DNA from: an uncultured Pseudomonadota bacterium | GTDB taxonomy: Bacteria; Pseudomonadota; Alphaproteobacteria; Rs-D84 | Direction of reading: 5' to 3' | Assembly (NCBI GenBank): GCA_949298405.1 | Contig: CASFWA010000001.1 | Location: 129,883-193,882 of the forward strand | DNA length: 64,000 nucleotides | Part shown: positions 1-9,058 of the stretch, one piece after another | How the letters are laid out: the number at the start of each line of letters is the position of its first letter | Numbering within the stretch: position 1 is the first letter of the stretch | Notes under the pieces: generated by a model | Told to the model about the DNA's origin: nothing | The model's database searches: none | Seen by the model: only the letters and a program-made list of their open reading frames with translations | Program-made: the position numbers and the translations under genes

Positions 1-409
1 GTCTATCTGTATGACCAATAGGACTATACATGTCCCGTGATGTCGGTGTATCGTATCTTAACGGTACAAGGTGCATCATATAAAAATCTTCTGGTGTAGA
101 TATCTGTGAAATTTGTGTTTGTAAGTCAGCAGATGTTATTTTGTGTTCCGTATTCCATATCGTGTTTTTGCCCGCCATTTCAAACTGTGAATCACCAAAG
201 TTTCCAGTTATATATGCGGTATCAAAATGAGAACCAATCTGCTTTTCTAATTCGTCAATAACTGATTTTAGCGCAAAAACAGTGTCAAAACTATCAACTG
301 TATGAATTGCTGACCTTTCTATATGACCAGATTGAACACGGTGAGCAATACCACGCACACCACTGCTGCCAATGTCTAAGCATAAAAAAGAAGAGTCAAA
401 TAAATTCAT
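1..409 (-). CDS. ftsA: Cell division protein FtsA, 5' part (runs off window start)
   Basis: Hand translation from ATG at 409 gives MNLFDSSFLCLDIGSSGVRG..., with the actin-like LDIGS motif; lies directly downstream of ftsQ. Confidence 0.8.
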   Translation of the reverse strand, partial: MNLFDSSFLCLDIGSSGVRGIAHRVQSGHIERSAIHTVDSFDTVFALKSVIDELEKQIGSHFDTAYITGNFGDSQFEMAGKNTIWNTEHKITSADLQTQISQISTPEDFYMMHLVPLRYDTPTSRDMYSPIGHTDR

Positions 410-412
410 TTC

Positions 413-1093
413 TTATTTTACCAAAATTCTTGAACTATCGCGCATGTCTATAATTGTTAGTTTCTTTGATAAAATCTGATGATTGTTGTTTAAAACTATC
501 AAGGAACCTATCGCCCCAGCAGGGTCTTTTTCTGGTAATAATACAGTTATGCCACCAGTTGTATGAAGATTCCAACGTCTGCCTTCTATCCATTCCATAT
601 AATCTAGGTCTGATAATAAATTATGTGCCGCTTTTGTGATTTCGCTTATGTCGTTAGGAACAGAACCACGAAAAACAACAGTGCCTTCGTCGCGTGTTTC
701 TTTTGGACGTTTTACAATAGTTCCATCCGCTGACAATGGAAAATAATTTTCCCCATCTGTCCATAACGCAACCGCTTTATATAACTCAACCTTAACAGAT
801 AAATTACCATCAGGTTTTCTGCGTACCGCAGATTCCTTTACACCCGGTACCGCATTTATGCGGGCATTTATCTGCTCTAAATCAATAGAATAAGTTTTTG
901 TCGCAGGTGCAACTGCTGCCGCAGCCGCAATCGCGGTTAAGTCTTTGTTTTTAGAATCCGTAGTTATGGATATGTTGCGTACATATGCGTTTTGACCGTA
1001 TCCAAGCCCTGTCATTATGATACGGGTAGCAAAGTATACTGCCAGTATAATCGCAATTACAAAATATAACCAAAACCAGAAAGAACGTTTCAT
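413..1093 (-). CDS. ftsQ: Cell division protein FtsQ/DivIB
   Basis: N-terminal TM helix, POTRA-like segment (VKESAVRRKPDG), RRWNL and IDMR motifs; upstream of ftsA. Confidence 0.85.
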   Translation of the reverse strand: MKRSFWFWLYFVIAIILAVYFATRIIMTGLGYGQNAYVRNISITTDSKNKDLTAIAAAAAVAPATKTYSIDLEQINARINAVPGVKESAVRRKPDGNLSVKVELYKAVALWTDGENYFPLSADGTIVKRPKETRDEGTVVFRGSVPNDISEITKAAHNLLSDLDYMEWIEGRRWNLHTTGGITVLLPEKDPAGAIGSLIVLNNNHQILSKKLTIIDMRDSSRILVK

Positions 1094-1146
1094 GGGTTCA
1101 ATTATATCACAAAATCATATAATTGGAAATGATTGTAGAAAAATTT

Positions 1147-1527
1147 TTAACTTGCGCGTAATAAGTACCCGCGTCTGAACATACATTTTCTATAAGAACC
1201 AACACTTTTGGATGTCGTGTTGCGTGGAACAGATAATAATGAGCGTTGCCCCACATCTTTATATTCGTTTGATTGAAAAGTTACCCACAGACCGTCCCAA
1301 TCAGGCATAACATCACTTTGGTTTGGGGCAATTAATTTTGCAATTCTAGATCGTGGCATATAAGACGGTCGGTCAATGCCCAGACATGCCTTGTGGTCGC
1401 GGACAAATTGCTCCATTGTCACAGACTCGTTTTCCCAGTTAAGTATTGTCGCATCATCAAGGCTTCCACGATTAGGAGATGCACATGCAGATAATGCTAA
1501 TAATAAAACTAGGTATTTAATTCTCAT
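1147..1527 (-). CDS. Small lipoprotein of unknown function
   Basis: Lipobox LSAC; D-x3-C ... CMFRRGY pattern. Confidence 0.7.
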   Translation of the reverse strand: MRIKYLVLLLALSACASPNRGSLDDATILNWENESVTMEQFVRDHKACLGIDRPSYMPRSRIAKLIAPNQSDVMPDWDGLWVTFQSNEYKDVGQRSLLSVPRNTTSKSVGSYRKCMFRRGYLLRAS

Positions 1528-1603
1528 GTTTTGTATTATAATTTAATTGCCTTTATGGGGCAATAGTTTTTATAATAGGGAAAAAGGGACATAGGACAGA
1601 GAC

Positions 1604-1930
1604 ATGGCGATAACAGTTCAGAATTTTATTAAACTTGCTAATTTCTATAATCAGATGGCCATGATGATGTCCGCTATCTGTGTAGAAAAGGGGGGTATCG
1701 CACAGGAAAATTATGTAGGCCGTTTCTTTGCGGCAGATACATTGGAATTTGTTGCAGAGTACGGACGCAGATTGATGGCTAATAATCCTAAATCTGTATC
1801 TGCAGATGTTGCGGCGGTGATAAAAAAGTTTGAAGAACAGTTTAAAAAAGTGCAAAATTTAACTACGCCAACGCAAAGACCTATATATGAAATGACATTG
1901 GAAGAATTTGAAAGGGTTATGAATATTTAA
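1604..1930 (+). CDS. Hypothetical protein
   Basis: 108-aa ORF with AGGA SD upstream; no recognisable motif. Confidence 0.6.
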   Translation: MAITVQNFIKLANFYNQMAMMMSAICVEKGGIAQENYVGRFFAADTLEFVAEYGRRLMANNPKSVSADVAAVIKKFEEQFKKVQNLTTPTQRPIYEMTLEEFERVMNI

Positions 1931-1958
1931 TGTGTGCTGGAAAGGATAAGGGGATAAT

Positions 1959-3305
1959 ATGAAATTAATCAGACTGACATGTGATTTTCTGTTTGCGTGT
2001 GTGGGCCTGGGCTTGGTTGCAGGGTGTGCATTAAATCAACAACAGGAAGAACAGCCTTTGTATGATACAATCACTGTTGTAGATAATTTAGTTATTGATG
2101 AAAATTCTGTTCCCATTTTCCCAAAAAAAGCAGCATTAACTACTGATACTGCAAGACGGTTTTCTATCGATTTGCCTAAACGTTGCGAGGTTAACTGGGA
2201 TAATCAAACGGTTGTTTCGGTTGTTCCAGAAGAAAAAATAGAAATAGTGCGTCTGGGGGTGGGGGACCCGTTGCCAGATTTACAAGTTTCTGATTACGAG
2301 TTCAAAGAAAGAACTGTAAAAGAAGCGATGGACAAATTATTAGAAGGAACTGATATTTCTGTAATCGAAGACGAAGATATGTTCGAAACTATATCCGGTT
2401 CTGTATCTAATGGTGGCTTGACAGAAACTATTGAACTTATGGCGAAAATGGGGCGCGTTTATTATTCTTATGATGCGGTAAATGCAGAACTTCATTTAAA
2501 CCACAGGGCAAAGTGGATGATAAAAATGCCAAAAAATGAAAGTATTATCATGGCGTTATTAGACGCTATGCATGGTGCAGATATGCGTAATTTATTGGTT
2601 GATTGGCAAGATAAGACTGTCGTTTTCGAAGGTAATTATCAGACAGAACGCGAAGTCGCAAAAATTATATCTGATATCTCTTCAAAAAAGTATATGTTGG
2701 CTTGGGATATCGATGTATACCGCGTTTATCCGCGTACAGATAATCCTATTATATGGATGAACTTGTTGCCTGCATTTGGTGATAAAAATATAAAAATGTC
2801 TATCCCAGGTGTTGTAGGTCGGGCCTTGGTAGTTAGTCCAGAAATAAACACAAAAACTTTACAAGAGTTTTTATCACAGCAAGCAAATGTTGTTTTAATT
2901 TCACAGGGAACTTTTGTTATACCTAATGGTTGGCAGTCAAGATTTGATATCGGGCAATGTAGTAAAGAAGATAGACTTGAAACAGACCTTATAATAGGTG
3001 CAACTGGTAAATACGGTGATTTTGGTGGACGTAATAAAATTGATGCAAAAATTGTGTTGCGTACAAGTCAAGGAGAATTGTCGTCATTTAATATACCATC
3101 TAGTGTAGGGGATAACTATGTTATTATTGGAATCCCGACTCATTCTTTTGTGACAACACCAGAAACTTTAATAAGTCCGTTTGCGGAATTAGTTGTATTT
3201 ATGTCGCCACGTATAATTTCGATTGTTGATGCAGCAGATATACCAATAGAATCTACACCTCTTATAGGTGACGCATTACGCGAATTTTTAAGCCAAAGTG
3301 AATAA
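1959..3305 (+). CDS. Lipidated secretin-like outer membrane protein (BfpB/PilN/TcpC-like, divergent)
   Basis: Lipobox LVAGC; secretin N3-like segment KTVVFEGNYQTEREVAKII...WDIDVYRV; C-terminal ELVVFMSPRII resembles the secretin terminal motif. Confidence 0.55.
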   Translation: MKLIRLTCDFLFACVGLGLVAGCALNQQQEEQPLYDTITVVDNLVIDENSVPIFPKKAALTTDTARRFSIDLPKRCEVNWDNQTVVSVVPEEKIEIVRLGVGDPLPDLQVSDYEFKERTVKEAMDKLLEGTDISVIEDEDMFETISGSVSNGGLTETIELMAKMGRVYYSYDAVNAELHLNHRAKWMIKMPKNESIIMALLDAMHGADMRNLLVDWQDKTVVFEGNYQTEREVAKIISDISSKKYMLAWDIDVYRVYPRTDNPIIWMNLLPAFGDKNIKMSIPGVVGRALVVSPEINTKTLQEFLSQQANVVLISQGTFVIPNGWQSRFDIGQCSKEDRLETDLIIGATGKYGDFGGRNKIDAKIVLRTSQGELSSFNIPSSVGDNYVIIGIPTHSFVTTPETLISPFAELVVFMSPRIISIVDAADIPIESTPLIGDALREFLSQSE

Positions 3306-3320
3306 AGGAAAGTTTTTTAA

Positions 3321-4574
3321 ATGTTTTCTAAATTAGAAAGAAAAATTGCTTTTAGATATTTATCTGCAAAGAAACGTGGATTTGGTTCTGTCGTATCATG
3401 GGTTTCTTTAATTGGTATTATGCTTGGTGTAGCAACTTTAATCGTTGTTATGTCTGTAATGGGCGGTTTTCATGATACATTGTTATCACGTATTGTTGGT
3501 ATGAATGGGCATGTGGTTGTTTATCATCAAGATGGTGCAATTCAAGATTACGACTTCTTGATTGATAAGATGAAACAAAATAAAGTTGTTGCCGCAAATG
3601 CTGTCGGTATTGTGCCAATTGCCGAAGGGCAGGTTATGGCAACCGCAAATGGTAATAATACAGGTGCTATGATACGTGGTATCAGAATGTCTGATTTGGC
3701 AGCGAAAACTGTAACTGGTACAAAAATTTATGGAAAGGCACTTGATAAAATTACAGATGGCGAATTAGTCGCAGGTGCTTCTTTGACACGTGCGTTGCAT
3801 GTTGGAATGGGGGATAATATTTCACTTGTTTCTGCAAATGCTGCAACACCGACACCATTTGGTTCTATGCCCAGAATTATGGCGTATCCTGTTATGTCTT
3901 CTTTCTTTATGGGAATGTATGAGTATGATTCCGGGTATATCTTTATGCCGCTGGAAACTGCGCAGAAGTACTTAAATATAGGTGAAGCGGTCACCCATAT
4001 TGATTTATTCTTGAAAGACCCAGAAGATACAACAGAGGTGCGGGATGCTTTGGCTACTTTGTTGCCAACGGGCTTCGTTGTCCGTGATTGGCGTGATTTA
4101 AATAGAGGCTTTGTAGGTGCCTTGCAGGTTGAATCAAATGTTATGTTTTTGATTCTGATGCTTATTGTAATTGTTGCAGCCTTTAATATAGTTTCTAGTT
4201 TAGTTATGCTGGTAAAAGATAAATCCAAAGATATTGCGGTGCTTCGTACTTTCGGCGTTTCCCGCAGGTCTATGATGAAAATATTTATTCTGTCTGGTAC
4301 TAGTATCGGGGTAATAGGTGCTTCATTTGGAACTGTATTTGGTGTCCTTATTGCTATATATATAGAACCAATTAGACAGTTTTTCCAATGGGCAACAGGA
4401 CGTGATTTGTTCCCGGCAGAATTATATTATTTGTCTGAACTGCCATCAAAATTAGTGCCAAGTACCGTTGTTGGTATCGCAATTTTGGCAATTGCACTTT
4501 CTTTCTTGGCAACTCTTTACCCTGCTTGGAAGGCAGCAAGTACAGACCCAGTTGAAGTTTTAAGAAATGAATAA
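3321..4574 (+). CDS. lolC: Lipoprotein-releasing ABC transporter permease LolC/E
   Basis: IAFRYL, LGVATLIVVMSVMGGF, VAAFNIVSSLVMLVKDK, ATLYPAWKA...DPVEVLR. Confidence 0.95.
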   Translation: MFSKLERKIAFRYLSAKKRGFGSVVSWVSLIGIMLGVATLIVVMSVMGGFHDTLLSRIVGMNGHVVVYHQDGAIQDYDFLIDKMKQNKVVAANAVGIVPIAEGQVMATANGNNTGAMIRGIRMSDLAAKTVTGTKIYGKALDKITDGELVAGASLTRALHVGMGDNISLVSANAATPTPFGSMPRIMAYPVMSSFFMGMYEYDSGYIFMPLETAQKYLNIGEAVTHIDLFLKDPEDTTEVRDALATLLPTGFVVRDWRDLNRGFVGALQVESNVMFLILMLIVIVAAFNIVSSLVMLVKDKSKDIAVLRTFGVSRRSMMKIFILSGTSIGVIGASFGTVFGVLIAIYIEPIRQFFQWATGRDLFPAELYYLSELPSKLVPSTVVGIAILAIALSFLATLYPAWKAASTDPVEVLRNE

Positions 4575-4586
4575 AGGACACGCATA

Positions 4587-5297
4587 ATGGCAAATATTTT
4601 GAATTCTTTGTCAAAGGTTTCTAAAGGTGACATTGTCTTGTCTGTACGTGATATTAAAAAAACTTTTATGGAAGGTGGACAACCACTACATATTTTGCGC
4701 GGGGGTGGGTTTGATTTGCATCGCGGGGAAATTATCGCTCTGGTTGGACCGTCAGGAAGCGGAAAATCTACTTTATTACAGTGTGTGGGTTTGCTGGATA
4801 AGCCAACTTCTGGTAGTATTTTACTAGACGGAACGCCTGTTCAAAAAATGGATGACGAAATGCGTACGATGATGCGCCGTCGTAAAATAGGTTTCGTGTA
4901 TCAACGTCATAATTTATTATCTGATTTTACCGCAATCGAAAATGTCGTTTTACCTATGTTATCGAATGGGGTTGATGAGCAAACCGCAAATGTGCGTGCT
5001 TTGAAGTTATTAAAAGCTGCAAATGTTGCACATAGAGCGTCACATTTACCAGGGGAAATGTCGGGGGGGGAACAACAAAGAACCGCAGTTGCACGCGCTT
5101 TGGCGAACAATCCAGAAATTTTATTGGCAGACGAACCAACTGGTAGTTTGGACCCTGCTCATGCAACAACTGTTTTTGATTTGCTGGTGGATTTAGTCAG
5201 AAAAAATAAGATGGCTATGCTTTTTGTTACGCATGATATGAATTTAGCCGCAAAAGCAGATAGAAAAATTACTATAAATTGTGGTATAATAGAATAA
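4587..5297 (+). CDS. lolD: Lipoprotein-releasing ABC transporter ATPase LolD
   Basis: Walker A GPSGSGKS, signature SGGEQQR, LADEPTGSLD; follows lolC/E. Confidence 0.93.
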   Translation: MANILNSLSKVSKGDIVLSVRDIKKTFMEGGQPLHILRGGGFDLHRGEIIALVGPSGSGKSTLLQCVGLLDKPTSGSILLDGTPVQKMDDEMRTMMRRRKIGFVYQRHNLLSDFTAIENVVLPMLSNGVDEQTANVRALKLLKAANVAHRASHLPGEMSGGEQQRTAVARALANNPEILLADEPTGSLDPAHATTVFDLLVDLVRKNKMAMLFVTHDMNLAAKADRKITINCGIIE

Positions 5298-5321
5298 CGA
5301 AAAGGTGAGAAAGGAGAGATT

Positions 5322-6020
5322 ATGAAAAAAACAGCAAAAAAAGAATTAAAAACAGTTCAGAACTGTACTTGCAGTACAAGCCATAAAATTTGGGGTGCAG
5401 TTGCATTGGCGGGGTTGTTCTCTTGCGGATTGTTGTTAGGGCTGTCTTACAGCATCGATGGTATGAACAATCGTAAACTTTTGCTTGGTGCAGAAGAATG
5501 TGACGCAATAGCACAAGAAATAGTAAATATTACAACTGCTGGTGCAAATGAAGGAAATATTGATGCTTTGCGCGAATTAAATGAAGCATATTCAAATGGT
5601 TGTGCAGGTCGTTTAGTTATAATAGAAAAAAGTACGCCTGTGCAAGTTTCTAATCAAACGCCTAAAATTATGGCTACATGTAGTCGTATAGAACAGTTGT
5701 TAAAAGAAAGACTCTTTTCAGAGGATTCTGTAGAAGCATGGAAACATGCATCTAATGCTTATACTTATAGTACTCTTGCAGAAAAGGGGTGTGCAGAAAA
5801 TGCAGATATGTATAAAACTTTGGCTTTGCGTGAAATAGAAATTACGACTGCTTTGCAACCAGAAGAAAATTTGGGAACTCGTGAAGTGGAAACAGTAATT
5901 GATGCTTATAAAAAGTTAGATATGCAACGTGAAGCACAGGCTTTTTTAGATAAAGTTGAAAAACTTAGTGAACCTGCAATTGATTTCATATTAAAAATGG
6001 AAAAGATAATAAATGAATAA
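5322..6020 (+). CDS. Membrane-anchored Cys-containing hypothetical protein
   Basis: GGAG SD, N-terminal TM helix, C-x~30-Y-x3-C motif. Confidence 0.7.
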   Translation: MKKTAKKELKTVQNCTCSTSHKIWGAVALAGLFSCGLLLGLSYSIDGMNNRKLLLGAEECDAIAQEIVNITTAGANEGNIDALRELNEAYSNGCAGRLVIIEKSTPVQVSNQTPKIMATCSRIEQLLKERLFSEDSVEAWKHASNAYTYSTLAEKGCAENADMYKTLALREIEITTALQPEENLGTREVETVIDAYKKLDMQREAQAFLDKVEKLSEPAIDFILKMEKIINE

Positions 6021-6723
6021 GCTAAAATTTAAATTTTTTGTAACATTATTTTTATCGGTTTGTTGTGTACCTTGTTTCGCTGAAGATGGGGAAGGTACTA
6101 TAAGTAATGTTGTAGAAAGAATGGACTGTACGGAAATTCAATCAAGGATATCAGAACTTTCCGCAATTGAAAACCCAACAGAAGAAAGTGTTAATGAATT
6201 AACACAATTGCAAAATAAATATCGTAGTGATTGTGTTAAAAGTGCGTCTGGACGTAGAACAATTGGTCGCGTATCTGTGCTAAGTGCTGCACCAAAAGTA
6301 AGCGTTGAGGCAAAAGCAGCAGTTGCAATCGCACCATCGGTAAAAATAGCAGATGCAACAAGTGTTTTAAATTCTTTCGTAGAAAAGCAGAAATCTAATT
6401 GTCAGTCGTTTAAATCTTCAATTGATAGTTTAAAACAAAACTCTTCAACAGCTTCGGAAGATTTGGAAAAATTACAAAAACAGTATTCAGAAGATTGTGC
6501 AAAATATGATGAAACAGTAGTTGCTGTAGAAGAAGTGGAGGTTGACCCTGAAAAAATTGCTGCAAATATAGAAGCGGGGTTATGCGCAGATGGTAGTAAA
6601 CCGAATCGGTTTGGTTGCTGCGCGGGTGAAACCTTTAAAGATATGGGTAATCTTGTTTTTGCTTGTTGCCCAGATGATGGTGGTGATTGCTATCCACCGA
6701 TAACAGCGGGGACTTTGTTATGA
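6013..6723 (+). CDS. Secreted Cys-rich hypothetical protein
   Basis: Signal peptide, two C...Y-x3-C repeats, C-terminal 6-Cys domain. Confidence 0.7.
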   Translation: MNKLKFKFFVTLFLSVCCVPCFAEDGEGTISNVVERMDCTEIQSRISELSAIENPTEESVNELTQLQNKYRSDCVKSASGRRTIGRVSVLSAAPKVSVEAKAAVAIAPSVKIADATSVLNSFVEKQKSNCQSFKSSIDSLKQNSSTASEDLEKLQKQYSEDCAKYDETVVAVEEVEVDPEKIAANIEAGLCADGSKPNRFGCCAGETFKDMGNLVFACCPDDGGDCYPPITAGTLL

Positions 6724-6965
6724 AAATAAAATTTTCTATGTCGTGGTGCATTTATGCCGCAGTATTTTTAGTTGGTGTTTTAGTAGGGTGGGGGATAACG
6801 GCTTATTCATATTCACCAAAATATGAAAGTGGTATGTCGTGTCCAAATGGTGAAGCACCAGATAAAAATGGTTGTTGTGCAGGTGAGATTTATACCGATA
6901 TGGGTGATTTAGGTTTTAATTGCTGCCCAGAAGATGGCTCTGATTGTTTCCCGCCAATAAGATAA
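6720..6965 (+). CDS. Small membrane-anchored Cys-rich protein; C-terminal domain paralogous to the upstream gene
   Basis: ATG at 6720 overlaps the upstream TGA (ATGA); TM helix then GCCAGE..DMG.L.F.CCP.DG.DC.PPI. Confidence 0.75.
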   Translation: MKIKFSMSWCIYAAVFLVGVLVGWGITAYSYSPKYESGMSCPNGEAPDKNGCCAGEIYTDMGDLGFNCCPEDGSDCFPPIR

Positions 6966-6989
6966 AAGGTGGTGTTTTATAATAAACGC

Positions 6990-7017
6990 TTGCGTTTAGT
7001 GAAAAATAGTATATAAT
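6990..7017 (+). promoter_or_regulatory. Sigma70-type promoter for the tRNA locus
   Basis: TTGCGT-16 bp-TATAAT, ending 20 bp upstream of tRNA-Gly. Confidence 0.6.
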
Positions 7018-7037
7018 CACAGGGCTTTGAATTTGTT

Positions 7038-7105
7038 GCGGGCATAGTACAAAGGCTAGTATGCAAGCCTTCCAAGCTTGAAATGCGGGTTCGATTCCCG
7101 CTGCC
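7038..7105 (+). tRNA. tRNA-Gly(TCC), 3' acceptor strand incomplete
   Basis: GCGGGCA 5' strand, D arm, CAAGC-CTTCCAA-GCTTG anticodon arm and GCGGG-TTCGATT-CCCGC T arm are present. The 3' strand reads TGCCGAG instead of TGCCCGC and there is no NCCA. Confidence 0.8.
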
Positions 7106-7110
7106 GAGCC

Positions 7111-7172
7111 GGGGCAGACTGTAAATCTGTTGGCTTAAGCCTGAGGTGGTTCGAATCCACCCACTCCCACCA
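7111..7172 (+). tRNA. tRNA-Tyr(GTA), 3' two-thirds only (5' acceptor strand and D arm missing)
   Basis: GCAGA-CTGTAAA-TCTGT anticodon arm, long variable arm, GGTGG-TTCGAAT-CCACC T arm and CACTCCC-A-CCA end; the required GGGAGTG 5' strand is absent upstream. Confidence 0.8.
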
Positions 7173-7179
7173 AAATAGG

Positions 7180-7208
7180 AACCGACCGAGTAGGTCGGTT
7201 TTTGTTTT
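7180..7208 (+). terminator. Intrinsic terminator after the tRNAs
   Basis: AACCGACC-gagta-GGTCGGTT followed by a T-rich tail. Confidence 0.75.
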
Positions 7209-7333
7209 GCGCTAGGGGTGGTGAGATGAGAACCACAGGTTCGACAATGAGTAGATTTTGTAAGCAAAGCGAAATGAACTTTTCAAGAATGACGCGCAGA
7301 AAAAATCTAGGTAAAAATTTGTTTTTTTGTAAT

Positions 7334-7358
7334 AAAAAACTCCCAATCGGGAGTTTCT
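7334..7358 (-). terminator. Terminator downstream of argS
   Basis: AAACTCCC-aatc-GGGAGTTT with an A-run (U-tract on minus strand). Confidence 0.65.
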
Positions 7359-9058
7359 TACATTTCTTCTGGAAATTTTAATCCCATTAAATTTATTGCC
7401 TGTGATAATACGCGTAATGATTGCTTTACTATCGCAAGTCTTTGTGCCTTTACTTCTGAACTTATATCGTCACGCATTATAGGGCAGGTATGATAAAATG
7501 TATTTATCAATTTGCACAAATCATACGCGTAATTTGCCAATATATATGGTGCACGACGTTCAAATGATATTTCTACAATTCTATTAAAGTCTAGTAAGAA
7601 CATTAATAAATCGCGTTCTTCCGGTAGAAGGTCAACTTTTGTTATTTCTGCTTTTTCAGATGTTTTCTTTAATATAGAATTTAATCTGACCGCAGTATAT
7701 AAAATGTATGGCCCGGTTCTGCCTTCGAAATTAGTCACCGCATCAACATCAAAGATATAGTCTGATTTTACATCGTGCATCAAGTCATTAAACTTTAATG
7801 CAGCAAGCGCGATTTCTTCTATTGTTTCATCTGGTAGATTTTTACCCGAATCATTAACGCGTGTGCGTACAGAGTCTGCAACGATATTTATCATCTCGTC
7901 TAAACTTGGGACATTCCCATCACGGGTTTTAAAAGGTTTCCCGTCTGCACCGGTTATCGTACCAAAACCAATGTGTTGTAATTCAATGTCTTTTGCAAAT
8001 CCTGCCATGCGAGCGGCACGAAAGATTTGTTTAAAGTGCAGTGTTTGACGGTTGTCTGTAAAGTAAACGATTGCGTCAGGATTGTCTGTCTTTTCACGAT
8101 AATAAACTGCCGTTAAGTCTGCGGCTGCATAGGTTTGTGCACCTGCGCTGGATTTCCACATAACAGGTGGCATAGGTTCTGTGTCTGTGTCTTGTTTTAC
8201 AGATATTATTTCTGCACCGTCACTGTGTTCAATAATTCCTTTTTGATTTAGAATATTTTGTACTTCTGGTACATATTCCGCGATTAAGCGTTCACCTTTG
8301 TTTTCATCAAAAGTTAAAATATTTAATCTTTTTAATAAACCGTTTACTTGATTTAATGACATCGGAATAAATGTGTCATAAATCTTTTTGTATTCTTTGT
8401 TCCCATTTTGTAATTCAACAGTTATTTTCTGTGCTTTTTCTAACCATGCTGGGTCTTCCTTGGCACGTGCAGATGAAGCAGGGTACATACGATTTACATC
8501 ATCCACATTTTCTGGCATACCATATTCTAATACCCATGCGATTATCAATCCCATAGGACGACCCCAGTCCCCCATATGATTATAAGATTTTGTTTTATGT
8601 CCTAAAAACTGTGCTATGCGGTTAAATGTGTCGCCTACAACAGTTGTACGCAAATGACCGATATGTAAATTTTTACCAACATTATAGCCACCATAATCTA
8701 GGTCGATTTTTTGCGATTTTTCTGTGTCTGGTTTTAAGTCATCTGTTAAAGCAGATTTTTTTATATATTCGTCTTTCAATTTTATATTTATAAAACCAGG
8801 ACCCGCAACAGATACAGTTTCTATATTTGGAATTTGACGTAAATAAGAAACTAAAATATCTGCAATTTCACGCGGTTTTTTGCCAACACTTTTTGTTAGC
8901 AGCATAGCGATGTTTGTTGAAAAATCACCGAAGTCACGAACTTTCGGAATTTCGATAGTTGTGTTATTTAAAATTTGTGGCGTGATATAATCTTTGATTT
9001 CTGGAATTTCTTTTATTTTAGAAATTACAGCATTTGATATCTCTTTATAAATATTCAT
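7358..9058 (-). CDS. argS: Arginine--tRNA ligase
   Basis: FGDFSTN, GPGFIN, HIGH, NHMGDWG, FKTR, FEGRTGPY, EEM C-terminus. Confidence 0.97.
   Translation of the reverse strand: MNIYKEISNAVISKIKEIPEIKDYITPQILNNTTIEIPKVRDFGDFSTNIAMLLTKSVGKKPREIADILVSYLRQIPNIETVSVAGPGFINIKLKDEYIKKSALTDDLKPDTEKSQKIDLDYGGYNVGKNLHIGHLRTTVVGDTFNRIAQFLGHKTKSYNHMGDWGRPMGLIIAWVLEYGMPENVDDVNRMYPASSARAKEDPAWLEKAQKITVELQNGNKEYKKIYDTFIPMSLNQVNGLLKRLNILTFDENKGERLIAEYVPEVQNILNQKGIIEHSDGAEIISVKQDTDTEPMPPVMWKSSAGAQTYAAADLTAVYYREKTDNPDAIVYFTDNRQTLHFKQIFRAARMAGFAKDIELQHIGFGTITGADGKPFKTRDGNVPSLDEMINIVADSVRTRVNDSGKNLPDETIEEIALAALKFNDLMHDVKSDYIFDVDAVTNFEGRTGPYILYTAVRLNSILKKTSEKAEITKVDLLPEERDLLMFLLDFNRIVEISFERRAPYILANYAYDLCKLINTFYHTCPIMRDDISSEVKAQRLAIVKQSLRVLSQAINLMGLKFPEEM

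Noticed and set aside
5063-5070. G8 tract in lolD as a phase-variation site
   Set aside because: It encodes the conserved ABC signature SGGE in an essential gene, so coding constraint largely explains it
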